This document shows positions 18,922 to 29,019 of a stretch of DNA of 32,000 bases, one piece after another. Below the pieces are notes generated by a model. It was not told the origin of the DNA. It did no database searches and saw only the letters and a program-made list of their open reading frames with translations. Location of the stretch: NCBI RefSeq assembly GCF_900079115.1, contig NZ_LT549890.1, forward strand, positions 150,001 to 182,000, in the 5' to 3' direction. This stretch comes from Saccharolobus solfataricus (GTDB lineage: Archaea; Thermoproteota; Thermoprotei_A; Sulfolobales; Sulfolobaceae). Position 1 is the first letter of the stretch; each line of letters begins with the position of its first letter. Made by a program: the position numbers and the translations under genes.

Positions 18922-20712
18922 ATGACTTACTTTGATTTAATAGCGTGGATTACAGAAAATAAGAAAGCGATAGAGGGATGTATAATAGATAACGTTTTCT
19001 TGATACAAAATACTCAAAATACATATATTTTAAAGTTACATTGCAGTGGAAGAGACCAAGAATTAATAATAGAACCAAGTAAACGAATAAATATAACAAA
19101 ATACAATTATCCAAAAATTTCTTCAACAAAAATAACCGAATTAAGAAGATTAATTAGAGGAGATATAATTACGAATATGTATGTATTGAACAAGGAAAGA
19201 ATATTAATCCTAAAACTCAAAAGGGATGATAAAAAGGTAATAGTAGAACTACTACCTAGAGGAGTTTTGGTAATAGCAGATAAAGATGGTAAAATCTTGT
19301 TTGCGAGTGAATATAAAGAGTTTAAAGATAGACTCATAAGAATAGGGGAGATATATAAACCTCCACCTTCAATTGAACCTAATATAGATGAAATAGAAAA
19401 ATTGATTAAGAAAGGAAACATAGCGAAAGGTTTAGGAATCCCACAAGAAGTAGCAAACTATCTTAGCTTACAAGACTCTACACCAGATATTAACGTAATA
19501 AGGGAAAAGATAAGAAATTTAGAGATTTCAATAATTAATGGAGAGATAAAACCATGTCTCGTAGAAGATACAACTGTAGTACCTTTTTATCTTGACGGAT
19601 GCAAAGAATATCAAAGATTTAATGATGCAATAGACGATTATTTCTACACTATAACTCAAAAAGAGCTATCTGAAAAAACTTCCAAAAAAATCTCAGAAGA
19701 GAAGCAGAAGATTATAGCCACAATTAAGCAAATAGAGGATAGTATAAAGGATTATGAAGACAAAGAAAATAACTATAGACAACTAGGCAATTTTATACTT
19801 TCAAAGGCATACGAAATAGACCAGTTGTTGTTAAATAATAGAGCAAAAAGTAAAAAGGTAAAGCTTAATGTAGATGGAGTTGAAATTGAATTAGATACCT
19901 CACTCTCAGCTACTAAAAACGCAATGAGATTTTTTGATGAAGCTAAGGAATATAAGAGAAAAATAGAAAGAGCCCTTAAAAGTTTAGAAGAACTAAAAGA
20001 AAAACTGGCTAAAATAGAGAAACAAGAAATAGAGAAACAAAACGAGATAAAACTAACGCTAAGGAAAAAGGAATGGTATGAGAAATATAGATGGAGTATT
20101 TCAAGAAGCGGATATTTAATAATTTTAGGAAGAGATGCAAGTCAAAATGAAAGTATAGTTAAAAAATACCTAAGGGACAAAGATATATTCTTGCATGCGG
20201 ATATTATAGGCGCTCCAGCCACAATCATCATAACACAAGATAATAAGACAATCTCTGAAGAAGATATCTATGATGCAGCAGTTATGGCTGCGAGCTACTC
20301 AAAGGCTTGGAAAGTAGGTTTAGCATCTGTTGACATATTTTGGGTTTTAGGCAATCAAGTCTCTAAATCACCGCCAAGTGGAGAATACTTGAATAAAGGT
20401 TCATTCATGATTTATGGAAAAAAGAATTTCATAAAAAACGTCAAACTACAATTAGCAATAGGCCTTATACTAAGTGAAAACGGTGTATCAGTAATAGTGG
20501 GAAGTGAGGAAACCATTTCGGCTAAGACTAAATACTATGTTGTCATAGCTCCAGGTGATGATGATAAAGAGAGAATAACCCAAAAAATTATAAAAGTGTT
20601 TAGTAGAGCTTTACCAGAAATAAACGGATTGAACGCATTAAAAACAGAGATTGAAGATAAAATTCCGGGAAAGAGCAAGATAGTTAAGACAAGTATAACA
20701 TATAATAGTTAA
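18922..20712 (+). CDS. NFACT-family protein (RqcH/Rqc2/FbpA-like, ribosome quality control), with an NFACT-R/DUF814 module
   Basis: NFACT-N-like start MTYFDLIAWI, a long coiled-coil middle, and a DUF814-like block GRDASQNESIVKKYLRDKDIFLHADIIGAPATII. The ORF-track ATG at 18883 is an alternative. The ATG at 18922 has AATATAAAATTA 17-28 nt upstream. Confidence 0.8.
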   Translation: MTYFDLIAWITENKKAIEGCIIDNVFLIQNTQNTYILKLHCSGRDQELIIEPSKRINITKYNYPKISSTKITELRRLIRGDIITNMYVLNKERILILKLKRDDKKVIVELLPRGVLVIADKDGKILFASEYKEFKDRLIRIGEIYKPPPSIEPNIDEIEKLIKKGNIAKGLGIPQEVANYLSLQDSTPDINVIREKIRNLEISIINGEIKPCLVEDTTVVPFYLDGCKEYQRFNDAIDDYFYTITQKELSEKTSKKISEEKQKIIATIKQIEDSIKDYEDKENNYRQLGNFILSKAYEIDQLLLNNRAKSKKVKLNVDGVEIELDTSLSATKNAMRFFDEAKEYKRKIERALKSLEELKEKLAKIEKQEIEKQNEIKLTLRKKEWYEKYRWSISRSGYLIILGRDASQNESIVKKYLRDKDIFLHADIIGAPATIIITQDNKTISEEDIYDAAVMAASYSKAWKVGLASVDIFWVLGNQVSKSPPSGEYLNKGSFMIYGKKNFIKNVKLQLAIGLILSENGVSVIVGSEETISAKTKYYVVIAPGDDDKERITQKIIKVFSRALPEINGLNALKTEIEDKIPGKSKIVKTSITYNS

Positions 20713-20730
20713 AACTAATATAAAATAAGA

Positions 20731-21594
20731 ATGAGACTTTCACTAGCGGAGAAAGCATCACTAGTGAGACCTTTCGACTATATATTATTAAAAACGATAT
20801 ATGGTCTTAGGGATAAAAGTGAATTTGTTAGTTTTAATGCCTTAAAAAAGAGATTAGATATTAAAGACGATGAAGAACTAAAGATATCACTAAAGAAATT
20901 ATCTGAGTTAAAACTTATTTCTAAAAAGCCAACAGATTTATCTTTCAAATTAACATTTTCTGGTCTGGATATTTTGGGAATAAAACTGCTATATGTGAAT
21001 AAAATCTTGAATAGATTAGCAGAGATAATAGGGATAGGAAAAGAAAGCTTAGTATATTATGGGTATGATTTCAACGATAACAAAATAATAGTTAAATTTC
21101 ATCGAGTAGGCACGGATAGTTATAAGAAAGTTAAATTTAGAAAAAGCCAAGAAAAGAAAAGTTGGCTTTCAATTACCGTTGAAAATGCTAAAAGAGAGTT
21201 TGAAGCTCTTACATGTTTAAGCAATGAGGGAGGCTATGTCCCTAAGCCACTAGGAGTGGAATATAACGCCGTAGCAATGGAATATATCGATGGGATAGAG
21301 CTTTACAAAATACCAGTTACTAATATGGATCTAAACTTAGATGAAATCCTTGAAAAAATTTTACAAACCATGAGAATAGCTTACACTATTTGTCACATAA
21401 CACATGGAGATTTAAGCCCGTATAATGTACTTATAGATAAAAACGGAAATCCTTATCTTATTGACTGGCCTCAAGCGACAAAATCTGAGGAAAGATTAGA
21501 AAAGGATCTATCAAATCTTATAATATTTTTTAGAAAAAAGGGAATAGATGTAGATACTCGTAAGATTTTCGATTATGTAAGAGGGGTATCATGA
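20731..21594 (+). CDS. rio2: RIO-type serine/threonine protein kinase, Rio2 class (N-terminal winged helix)
   Basis: N-terminal wHTH-like region, then RIO-domain motifs: GIGKESLVY, VKFHR, catalytic HGDLSPYNVLI and metal-binding IDWPQA. Confidence 0.85.
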   Translation: MRLSLAEKASLVRPFDYILLKTIYGLRDKSEFVSFNALKKRLDIKDDEELKISLKKLSELKLISKKPTDLSFKLTFSGLDILGIKLLYVNKILNRLAEIIGIGKESLVYYGYDFNDNKIIVKFHRVGTDSYKKVKFRKSQEKKSWLSITVENAKREFEALTCLSNEGGYVPKPLGVEYNAVAMEYIDGIELYKIPVTNMDLNLDEILEKILQTMRIAYTICHITHGDLSPYNVLIDKNGNPYLIDWPQATKSEERLEKDLSNLIIFFRKKGIDVDTRKIFDYVRGVS

Positions 21595-23432
21595 AAATAA
21601 TGGGAATTGATATAGAGGCGATGGAAAGCCCATCCTCTAAGTCACAGCCATTATATTCAGTTATTATTATTGACGAGAACGAAAAAATAGTCTATAAGGC
21701 GGAAAACGTAAGTTTAAGTAGAGTTATTAGGTTATGTTGGGAATACAGCATTGATATACTAGCGACTGACAATATTTACGAACTAGGAGAAAGTGATAAA
21801 GAGATTATTAATATCGTGAAATTATTGCCGCCAAATACTAACATAGTTCAAGTTACATATCATAATGGAGAATTTAAGCAAATAAAGGAATTGGCTAGGG
21901 AAATAGGATACGAAGTGCAAGGAAAATTATCCCCGCAAAAAACTGCATATTTAGATGCATTATTAGCTTTAAAAGGATTTGGAACCAGTATAAAAATTGA
22001 AGAAAAACGTACTAAAATAGTAGTGTCAAGGGGAAGAGCATTAGGCCCTGGTGGAATGAGCCAAAATAGATATAAGAGATATATAAGGGGAACCCTTCTC
22101 AGAGTAGCTAAGGAGATAAAGGAAAAACTTGATATGAAAGGATTTGATTATGATATGATAGTAAGGAGATCAAGAGCAGGTATTGAGGGAGCCGTATTCA
22201 TAGTTTATACTCCCAGAGAGAGACTCTACGGAATTATAAGAAAAATGAAAGGTCATGACGTAGTAGTAGATATTAAGCCAATATATAAAAATAGGATTGA
22301 ATTTAAAGACAAAAGAACTGAAAGGAGATTAATTGTTGGAATAGACCCTGGTATAGAAGTTGGTCTATCAATAATTGATATCTACGGTAAACCAATTTTA
22401 TTGTTATCAAGAAGAAATATTGATAGAGACGAAATTGTAACCTTGATCTCTAAAGAGGGGAAAGCAATAATAGTAGCGACAGATGTTAATCCACTACCAG
22501 ACACTGTAAAAAAGATCGCTAGTAAATTTAACGCCAAAATATTCATCCCGGAAAAAAGTCTAAGTATAGATGAAAAACAAAGACTTATTGACGAGTACTC
22601 TAAGTTACATAAGCTAAAAATAGATAATCCTCACATTAGAGACTCTTTAGCTGCAGCTCTAAAGGCATATAATGAAATTGAGAACAAATTAAGACAAATT
22701 GAGAGTTTCATCAGTAGATTAGATATTGATATAATGGATGAAAATCGTATATACGATTGCGTAATATTTGGTAATACGGTATCTGAATGCGTAGAAAAGG
22801 AAATTGAAAAAATCATAGGAAAAGATGATTACAGGAAAATCGAGGAGATACAAAAGGAAAACGATACAACTAAAAATACAAATAAACTAACTAAGTTAGA
22901 AGAGGAAAATAGAGAGCTAAAATCAGAACTAATACGTTATAAAAGGATAATTTATAATCTCATCAATGAAAGAGATTCATTAATAAGGAAAATTGATGAT
23001 ATTAAACTACAGATTAATAAGGAAATAGAGAGAGACAGGAAAATTTACGAACTAAATCTAAACCTACAGAATGCGTACAAGGTAATAAGTCAACTTGAGA
23101 ATAAATTAAATTATAATGAGAAACAAATTGAGAAACTAAGGGAAGTGCTATATAAACTGTTAAATGGAAAGGCAATAGTAGTTAAGAAGGATAGTAGAGT
23201 TGGCGATATAGCATTTGATGGAAATAACATCTATATTGGAGAGGAAAAAGTTAACAATGAGATAGCGGAATACGCAGATAAGGAGATTATAATATTAGAT
23301 AAACAGCTCTTGAACGATCTGGAAGTATTACGTAAAGAACTACAAATAGAAAGGTCTAAGAATATTGATATAAAAAGAATAATTGACGAGTATAGAAATA
23401 AAAGGTTAAAAGAGAGTAGCTTTCCCTTCTAA
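21591..23432 (+). CDS. DUF460-like archaeal protein: two tandem YqgF/RuvX-like RNase H-fold modules plus a C-terminal coiled coil
   Basis: The start overlaps the rio2 stop (ATGA). Module 1: IMGIDIE...ILATDN. Module 2: [16 protein letters not shown]...IIVATDVNP. Heptad-rich residues about 430-520. The family name is from memory. Confidence 0.65.
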   Translation: MKIMGIDIEAMESPSSKSQPLYSVIIIDENEKIVYKAENVSLSRVIRLCWEYSIDILATDNIYELGESDKEIINIVKLLPPNTNIVQVTYHNGEFKQIKELAREIGYEVQGKLSPQKTAYLDALLALKGFGTSIKIEEKRTKIVVSRGRALGPGGMSQNRYKRYIRGTLLRVAKEIKEKLDMKGFDYDMIVRRSRAGIEGAVFIVYTPRERLYGIIRKMKGHDVVVDIKPIYKNRIEFKDKRTERRLIVGIDPGIEVGLSIIDIYGKPILLLSRRNIDRDEIVTLISKEGKAIIVATDVNPLPDTVKKIASKFNAKIFIPEKSLSIDEKQRLIDEYSKLHKLKIDNPHIRDSLAAALKAYNEIENKLRQIESFISRLDIDIMDENRIYDCVIFGNTVSECVEKEIEKIIGKDDYRKIEEIQKENDTTKNTNKLTKLEEENRELKSELIRYKRIIYNLINERDSLIRKIDDIKLQINKEIERDRKIYELNLNLQNAYKVISQLENKLNYNEKQIEKLREVLYKLLNGKAIVVKKDSRVGDIAFDGNNIYIGEEKVNNEIAEYADKEIIILDKQLLNDLEVLRKELQIERSKNIDIKRIIDEYRNKRLKESSFPF

Positions 23433-24620
23433 TATTAGTTCAGTTAATTTATTGAAGGAACTTAACATTTCATCTACAATCCCGCTTATTTCATTTTTAG
23501 TCTCATCAGTAAGTTTGCCATCATAAGTAATTACATCAACATTAGCTATTAAAGGATCGTCTATTGGTCTCCCTATTTGCCCTAGAACTTGAACTTGCGA
23601 GAATTTCACATCCTTTACTTCTTGAGCTATTTTATTAGCTATAAGATTAGCTAAGACATTATATAGTTTACCAACATGATTAACGGGATTCTTTCCAGCA
23701 GTAGCTTCTAATGACATAGGCCTCATTGGTGTTATTAGCCCAACACCTCTATTTCCTCTCCCTGTCATTCCATCGTCACCATGTTCAGCAGAAGTACCAG
23801 TTACGGTTAAATAAAGTATATTCTTATCTATTTTATCTCCAGTATTAACATAAACTCTTACATTGTAGCCTGGAGCTATCTTTGATGCGAGATCTAGAAT
23901 TTGATTCCTTACTTGTTCTTTTACGTTAATATAGTGGTTAACGTCTTCTATTAGTTCGCTAATTGTTGCCATCGCTATCGTAAGGTCTACCTCATTCCCT
24001 CTTCTTAACCCCATTACTTTGATATCTTCTCCTACTTCGGGTAGTTTGGCTTTGAATTGCTTTGAGTTCAAATGCCTCTCCGTTTCATAAACCAGTTTTT
24101 CTAATTTAGTTAATGGAGCAAAACCTACTCCAAAACTAGTATCATTAGATAGTGGAACTCTCTTGCTTGCCTCAAATATACCCACTAAATCACTTGAACC
24201 TTTGCCTATCTTATAGTCAACTATAACATGCCTTTCCGCATCGAGATATCTAAAGTTATTTCTGATCCACTCTTTTACGCTCTCTATAATGATAGTACCT
24301 ACGGGGATTTGGTCTATCCCGCTTTCTGTTTTTACCTCAGTCGTAGCTCTGCCCGCAACTATGATATATATTGGTTGTATTATATCTCCACCTTTAAAAC
24401 GAGGTGTAGCTTGTCCTCCAACCACCAATGTCTTATCTAAATTATGATGTAAAATCACACCATATTTTTTAAGATAATACAAGGAAAGCTTTCTGCTAGC
24501 TTCTTCAGCAACTGCATCCGCAATATAATCTGGATGACCTAATCCTTTTCTCTCTACTAGTTCTACTTGAAGTTTCTCTATATCTGAAAGGGGATTTAAT
24601 TGCACATTTATATTTCTCAT
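23406..24620 (-). CDS. mat: S-adenosylmethionine synthetase, archaeal type
   Basis: Archaeal MAT signature segments [37 protein letters not shown] and NPVNHVGK. The ATG at 24620 (MRNINVQLN...) is preferred over the ORF-track TTG at 24638. Confidence 0.9.
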   Translation of the reverse strand: MRNINVQLNPLSDIEKLQVELVERKGLGHPDYIADAVAEEASRKLSLYYLKKYGVILHHNLDKTLVVGGQATPRFKGGDIIQPIYIIVAGRATTEVKTESGIDQIPVGTIIIESVKEWIRNNFRYLDAERHVIVDYKIGKGSSDLVGIFEASKRVPLSNDTSFGVGFAPLTKLEKLVYETERHLNSKQFKAKLPEVGEDIKVMGLRRGNEVDLTIAMATISELIEDVNHYINVKEQVRNQILDLASKIAPGYNVRVYVNTGDKIDKNILYLTVTGTSAEHGDDGMTGRGNRGVGLITPMRPMSLEATAGKNPVNHVGKLYNVLANLIANKIAQEVKDVKFSQVQVLGQIGRPIDDPLIANVDVITYDGKLTDETKNEISGIVDEMLSSFNKLTELILEGKATLF

Positions 24621-24653
24621 TATAGGTTCCTCAAACAAGTACTAATTTAAATT

Positions 24654-24917
24654 TTATTTCTCACTATTCATAACTGTCTCATAGTCAACACTAATAAATA
24701 GTATATTACTACCTCTTATAAGTACCCTACCGTATTTTGCTACTGGTTCAGAAGTACCTTCCCTAATTTCAGTACAATCTCTTAATACTAAATTCATAGT
24801 TCCGTCAGTTTGTTCTAATTTTCCAATGTACTCTGAGCCATCCTTAAGTTTTACCAGCACGATTCTATTTATTGCCGTTCTTAAACTCTTCAACGGATTT
24901 TCTACTTTTGCTTGCAC
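24654..24917 (-). CDS. Sm-like archaeal protein (LSm/SmAP)
   Basis: Sm1 ([29 protein letters not shown]) and Sm2 ([12 protein letters not shown]) motifs. GTG start. Lies directly upstream of mat on the same strand. Confidence 0.8.
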   Translation of the reverse strand: MQAKVENPLKSLRTAINRIVLVKLKDGSEYIGKLEQTDGTMNLVLRDCTEIREGTSEPVAKYGRVLIRGSNILFISVDYETVMNSEK

Positions 24918-25023
24918 AATATCTTCCCCCTATTTTCTAATTTAAATTTTATCTTCTAAGCTTTAACTTGATAGAATATATGCATTATTGTTTATTAGAG
25001 TTAGCAATTAGAAGCTAATATTT

Positions 25024-25323
25024 ATGGAGCTAATAATTGATGATCCAGAAAAAATCTACGAAATTTCTAAGGCGTTATCTACAATGACTAGAATAAATAT
25101 ACTACAACTAGTCTCTATAACGCCGATGAGCATATCAGAGCTCACCGAAAAACTTAATATGAGTAAGGGAAACATAAGTTCTCATATTTCTGAGCTTGAA
25201 AATCTAGGTCTAGTTGAAGTTGAGTACCAGAATGGAATAAAAGGTATAAAAAAGATTATAAAAGCTAAATATGATAAAATTATAATAGTTTTAAAGACTA
25301 GCAACAGCTCTAATGAACCCTAA
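25024..25323 (+). CDS. ArsR-family winged-helix transcription regulator
   Basis: [14 protein letters not shown]...[32 protein letters not shown] matches the ArsR/SmtB HTH layout. Confidence 0.75.
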   Translation: MELIIDDPEKIYEISKALSTMTRINILQLVSITPMSISELTEKLNMSKGNISSHISELENLGLVEVEYQNGIKGIKKIIKAKYDKIIIVLKTSNSSNEP

Positions 25324-26898
25324 ATATATCGGAGATGGATTCGTTGGCCTACTCTTGAATTCTGGATGAGCTTGGGTAGCTACGAAGAACTTATTAGATG
25401 GCAATTCTATAATTTCAACCAATCCATTTTCACTGATACCAGAAACTACTAATCCTGCATCTTCTAGTATATCTACATATTTAGGATTTACTTCATATCT
25501 ATGCCTATGCCTTTCATATACGACCTTTTTACCATATAGTTGATAGGCAATCGTTCCTTCTTTTAATATAATCTTCTGAGCCCCTAGTCTCATAGTCCCT
25601 CCAAGTTGAGTTACATTTTTTTGTTCGTCTAGCAGTGTGATAACCGGATCTTTAGTATTTGGATTAATTTCAGTTGAATTGGCTTCACTCAGACCTAAAA
25701 CATCTCTAGCAAATTCAACAATAGATAATTGAAAACCGAAGCATATACCCAAGAATGGTATATTATGTTCTCTAGCGTACTTTATAGCCTTAATTTTACC
25801 TTCAGCTCCTCTACTTCCAAATCCAGGTAAAACTATTATTCCATTTACATTTCCTAAGATCTCATTTAAATTCTTGGTATCACTTTCTAGATCAGTTGAT
25901 TCTATCCATATAAGTTTAGGCCTTACTCCTATATAGGCTGAAGCATGATAAATTGCTTCCTTGATACTAATATAACTATCCTTTAGTTTTGTATATTTTC
26001 CAACTAATGCGATATTAATAGTCTTTTTGCTATTAATTCCTTTTATATTATTGACAAAGCTTATCCAATCTGTCAAGTCTACTTGTCTATCCTCTAATTT
26101 AAGCCTACTAAGTATCTTAGAAACCAATTTCTGGCTTTCTAGGATAATGGGCACTTCATAAGATGTTTCTACATCGTAGCTAGAAACTATATGATCTACC
26201 TTAACGTTAGTAAACAGAGCAATTTTACGTCTGGTTTCATCATCTAAGGGCAGTGTTGCTCTACCTACAATGAAATCTGGTTGTATTCCAATTCTTCTTA
26301 ATTCTTGTACACTATGCTGCAATGGTTTCGTTTTCAGTTCTCCAGTTACAGACAAATATTCTACTAAAGCTATATGCACAAAAATAACATTATCCTCACC
26401 TTCTTCTAGTTTAAGTTGCCTAACAGCTTCTAGGAATGGTAAGCTTTCTATATCACCTACCGTGCCACCTATTTCTACTAAGGTAATTTCTGCGTTATTT
26501 ATCTTACTCGCATATCTTATCATATCCTTTATCTGATCCGTAACGTGGGGAATAATTTGTACGGTTTGACCTAGATATTTACCTTCTCTTTCCTTTTTTA
26601 TAACCTCGAAATATACCTTGCCTGCTGTTATATTATTGTACTTTGTCATATTAACATCCATAAATCTCTCATAATGACCTAAATCTAAATCTGTCTCGGC
26701 CCCATCCTCAGTTACAAATACTTCACCATGCATATAAGGATTCATTGTACCTGCATCGACATTAATATATGGATCTATTTTTACTGCAGTTACATTATAT
26801 CCTCTTCTTTTGAGTAGCATGCCAATAGAGGCAACTAACGTACCTTTACCAACACTTGACAAAACTCCACCTGTAACGACTATGTACTTGTTTGGCAC
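25291..26898 (-). CDS. pyrG: CTP synthase
   Basis: GTG start. [12 protein letters not shown], the glutaminase catalytic-Cys context GICFGFQ, and HRHRYEVN. 535 aa. Confidence 0.95.
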
Positions 26899-26988
26899 TA
26901 ATATCCACAGTAATTTGCCTTTACTGCTATAAAATAAAAAGTCACTGTCAATTACTTTAAGTACTTTTAAAGCACATATTTACCTTAA

Positions 26989-27666
26989 ATGAGAGAGGTA
27001 CTACTTGAAAAACTTCGTACTGAAAAATTTTTACAGATAGCTTTAGATTTTATAGATATCAATGATGCAATAAAAGTGGTTAATGAAGTCAAAGATCTAG
27101 AAAATGAAATCATTGAAATAGGAACACCACTACTAAAATCATTCGGGATAGAAGGAATAAGAAAAATAAAATCATTAGTTCCAGATAAAATAATTGTAGC
27201 TGATACTAAAACTGCAGATGCAGGAGATGTTGAGGTTGAAATAGCTAAACTAGGCGGAGCTCATATAATGACGGTTTTAGGAATAATGGATGATTCAACT
27301 ATTTATTCAGCTGTAAAAAAAGCTAGGGAATTAGATATACTAGTCCAAGCTGACTTAATTAATGTTAAAAACGTATATGAAAGATCAAAGGAGCTTAAGC
27401 AATTAGGAGTAGATATTATAGGTTTCCATGTTGGTTTAGATGTACAAAAGAGTAGAGGCATAAGTGTAGCTGATTTAAAGAATGAGATACGAAAGGTGTC
27501 TGAGCTAAACTTAATAATATCAATAGCTGGAGGCTTAAATAAAGATAGAATTTTAGAACTCATAGATCTGCCAGTAAGCATATATGTAGTAGGAGGAGCG
27601 ATAACTAGAAGTAAAGAGCCTAAGAACGTATCTAAAGAGATAGTTAACATATTAAAGGGTAGATAA
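26989..27666 (+). CDS. hps: 3-hexulose-6-phosphate synthase-like (OMP decarboxylase superfamily, KGPDC/HPS)
   Basis: [25 protein letters not shown] and a C-terminal GGAITR phosphate-binding loop. Confidence 0.75.
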   Translation: MREVLLEKLRTEKFLQIALDFIDINDAIKVVNEVKDLENEIIEIGTPLLKSFGIEGIRKIKSLVPDKIIVADTKTADAGDVEVEIAKLGGAHIMTVLGIMDDSTIYSAVKKARELDILVQADLINVKNVYERSKELKQLGVDIIGFHVGLDVQKSRGISVADLKNEIRKVSELNLIISIAGGLNKDRILELIDLPVSIYVVGGAITRSKEPKNVSKEIVNILKGR

Positions 27667-27688
27667 TAAGTATATATGGGGTTTAAAT

Positions 27689-28156
27689 TTGTCACAACCA
27701 GGTCAACAGAAGTCTAAGGATGTAAAGATGGTATCTAAACAAGTTATAAGTACGAATATAATAAACGAGGATAAAAGAAAATTACAGTTATTGTATATAA
27801 TAAGACAAATAGGAAAATTAACCGAAAAATCAATAATAATGCTGTTGTACGAATTGAAACAAAAAGGTATTGATCTAGGATATCAATTCAATGTAATAGG
27901 AAATAACGTATTCAGTTTAATGGCAAAAGAGGATCTAACTTCGCTCTTATATCTAGGGCTGGTAGAAAATGACCCCGTAACTAAGAAGATAAGCATTTCG
28001 AATAACGGTATAGAGATATTAGATAAAACTCAAATAGACGACGACTTCAAAAATAAACTAGCTCAAGCTCTAAATGAAATAAAAACAAAAATACTCGCTT
28101 ATGACGAAGAATATAACTTGAAGATAAAAAACGAGATGAAATTAAGAAGGAGGTAA
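27689..28156 (+). CDS. Hypothetical protein (155 aa)
   Basis: ORF with coding-like composition. TTG start at 27689 or ATG at 27728. No recognisable motif. Basic C-terminal tail KLRRR. Confidence 0.5.
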   Translation: MSQPGQQKSKDVKMVSKQVISTNIINEDKRKLQLLYIIRQIGKLTEKSIIMLLYELKQKGIDLGYQFNVIGNNVFSLMAKEDLTSLLYLGLVENDPVTKKISISNNGIEILDKTQIDDDFKNKLAQALNEIKTKILAYDEEYNLKIKNEMKLRRR

Positions 28157-28167
28157 TTTAAAAATTT

Positions 28168-28587
28168 TTAAATCGTGGATAATGGACCTCTTCTTTCTCT
28201 TTCTGGATGCTCTTCAGTTACAGGTCTTGTCCATATTAATGGATCTAGCTTACCTTCTTTGCTCATTTTCGATATCATTTCCCTAAATTGGCTCGTATGT
28301 CTAATATCTAACTCTAATAGTCTCTGAAGCAATTCCCAACTGGTATTCTTTACATCCTCTAACATCTCTCTAGGCATATGCTTTATAACCATTGGATCTT
28401 GTAGCCATTGATCAAAGGCCTTTAATGTTCTCATCATATGCTGGAATGCAGTTCTAGATGCTAATATTAAGTCCAATCTATCCATGTCCTCAGTCTTCTC
28501 CTTTTTCTCCATATCTTTTAAAGTCGTCAATAAATTCTTTTGCAACTTTATCCATTCATCTAAATTTCCTATAAATGAACTTTCCAT
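28168..28587 (-). CDS. Conserved-looking hypothetical protein, predicted all-helical (139 aa)
   Basis: ATG start and a uniformly helical, charged sequence. No catalytic motif recognised. Confidence 0.55.
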   Translation of the reverse strand: MESSFIGNLDEWIKLQKNLLTTLKDMEKKEKTEDMDRLDLILASRTAFQHMMRTLKAFDQWLQDPMVIKHMPREMLEDVKNTSWELLQRLLELDIRHTSQFREMISKMSKEGKLDPLIWTRPVTEEHPERERRGPLSTI

Positions 28588-28629
28588 CGCTTACACCATA
28601 TTATACACTCGTTAAACAAATTAATAAGC

Positions 28630-29019
28630 TCATTTTAAACGAAAAGGAACACCATTAGTTAGTATGGACTTCGGAATCTTGTCTTTATATTTCTCCAAAA
28701 ATTTAATGTCGTCCTCTTCTTTTCTCAGTTTATCTGGTAACATTCTTGGAATTTCGTCAATTATTGGATACCATCTATTACAAGATTCACAATAAAGCAT
28801 ACCTTCTTCTATTTCATGCCTAATACATTCCTCACAAGGAGGTAGAGAATCTAAATCCTTAGTAAACGCAGATTTATATGTACAATATAATTCACACAAA
28901 GGTTTCTTATCTTCTTGGCTCAATTTTCTATCTATTTCCCTTTCTGAGAAAACTAAAAGTTTAAGCGGAAAGTGTTTACACATAGGGCACGCAAGCAAAT
29001 CCATAAGCCTATATTTCAT
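28630..29019 (-). CDS. Trm112-like zinc-ribbon protein with an internal Cys-containing insertion
   Basis: N-terminal [11 protein letters not shown] and C-terminal [20 protein letters not shown] match the two halves of the Trm112/DUF343 zinc knuckle. About 50 inserted residues contain CELYC and CEEC. Confidence 0.7.
   Translation of the reverse strand: MKYRLMDLLACPMCKHFPLKLLVFSEREIDRKLSQEDKKPLCELYCTYKSAFTKDLDSLPPCEECIRHEIEEGMLYCESCNRWYPIIDEIPRMLPDKLRKEEDDIKFLEKYKDKIPKSILTNGVPFRLK

Noticed and set aside
23447-23510. A C/D-box-like combination on the minus strand (CTGATGA ... CTGA) inside the mat 3' end. Isolated ATGATGA or GTGATGA strings also occur in coding regions (around 706, 759, 4249, 9349, 17254, 20553, 26236 and 29210).
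   Set aside because: The spacing to any CTGA is wrong: there is no 12-nt guide geometry and no C'/D' pair. The box-like strings are explained by Asp-Asp and similar codons in the host ORFs.
24918-25023. Short repeats in the SmAP/ArsR divergent spacer: CTTCTAA / TTAGAAG about 50 nt apart, and AGCTAATA twice, spanning the ArsR ATG.
   Set aside because: The matches are only 7-8 nt in very AT-rich DNA and lack operator-like symmetric spacing. One AGCTAATA copy lies inside the coding sequence, so the evidence is insufficient to call a site.
27303-27695. A 130-aa minus-strand ORF, the longest of the antisense ORFs.
   Set aside because: It lies entirely antisense to the 3' half of hps, which has clear HPS/KGPDC motifs. 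The translation has no motif and a shadow-frame composition.
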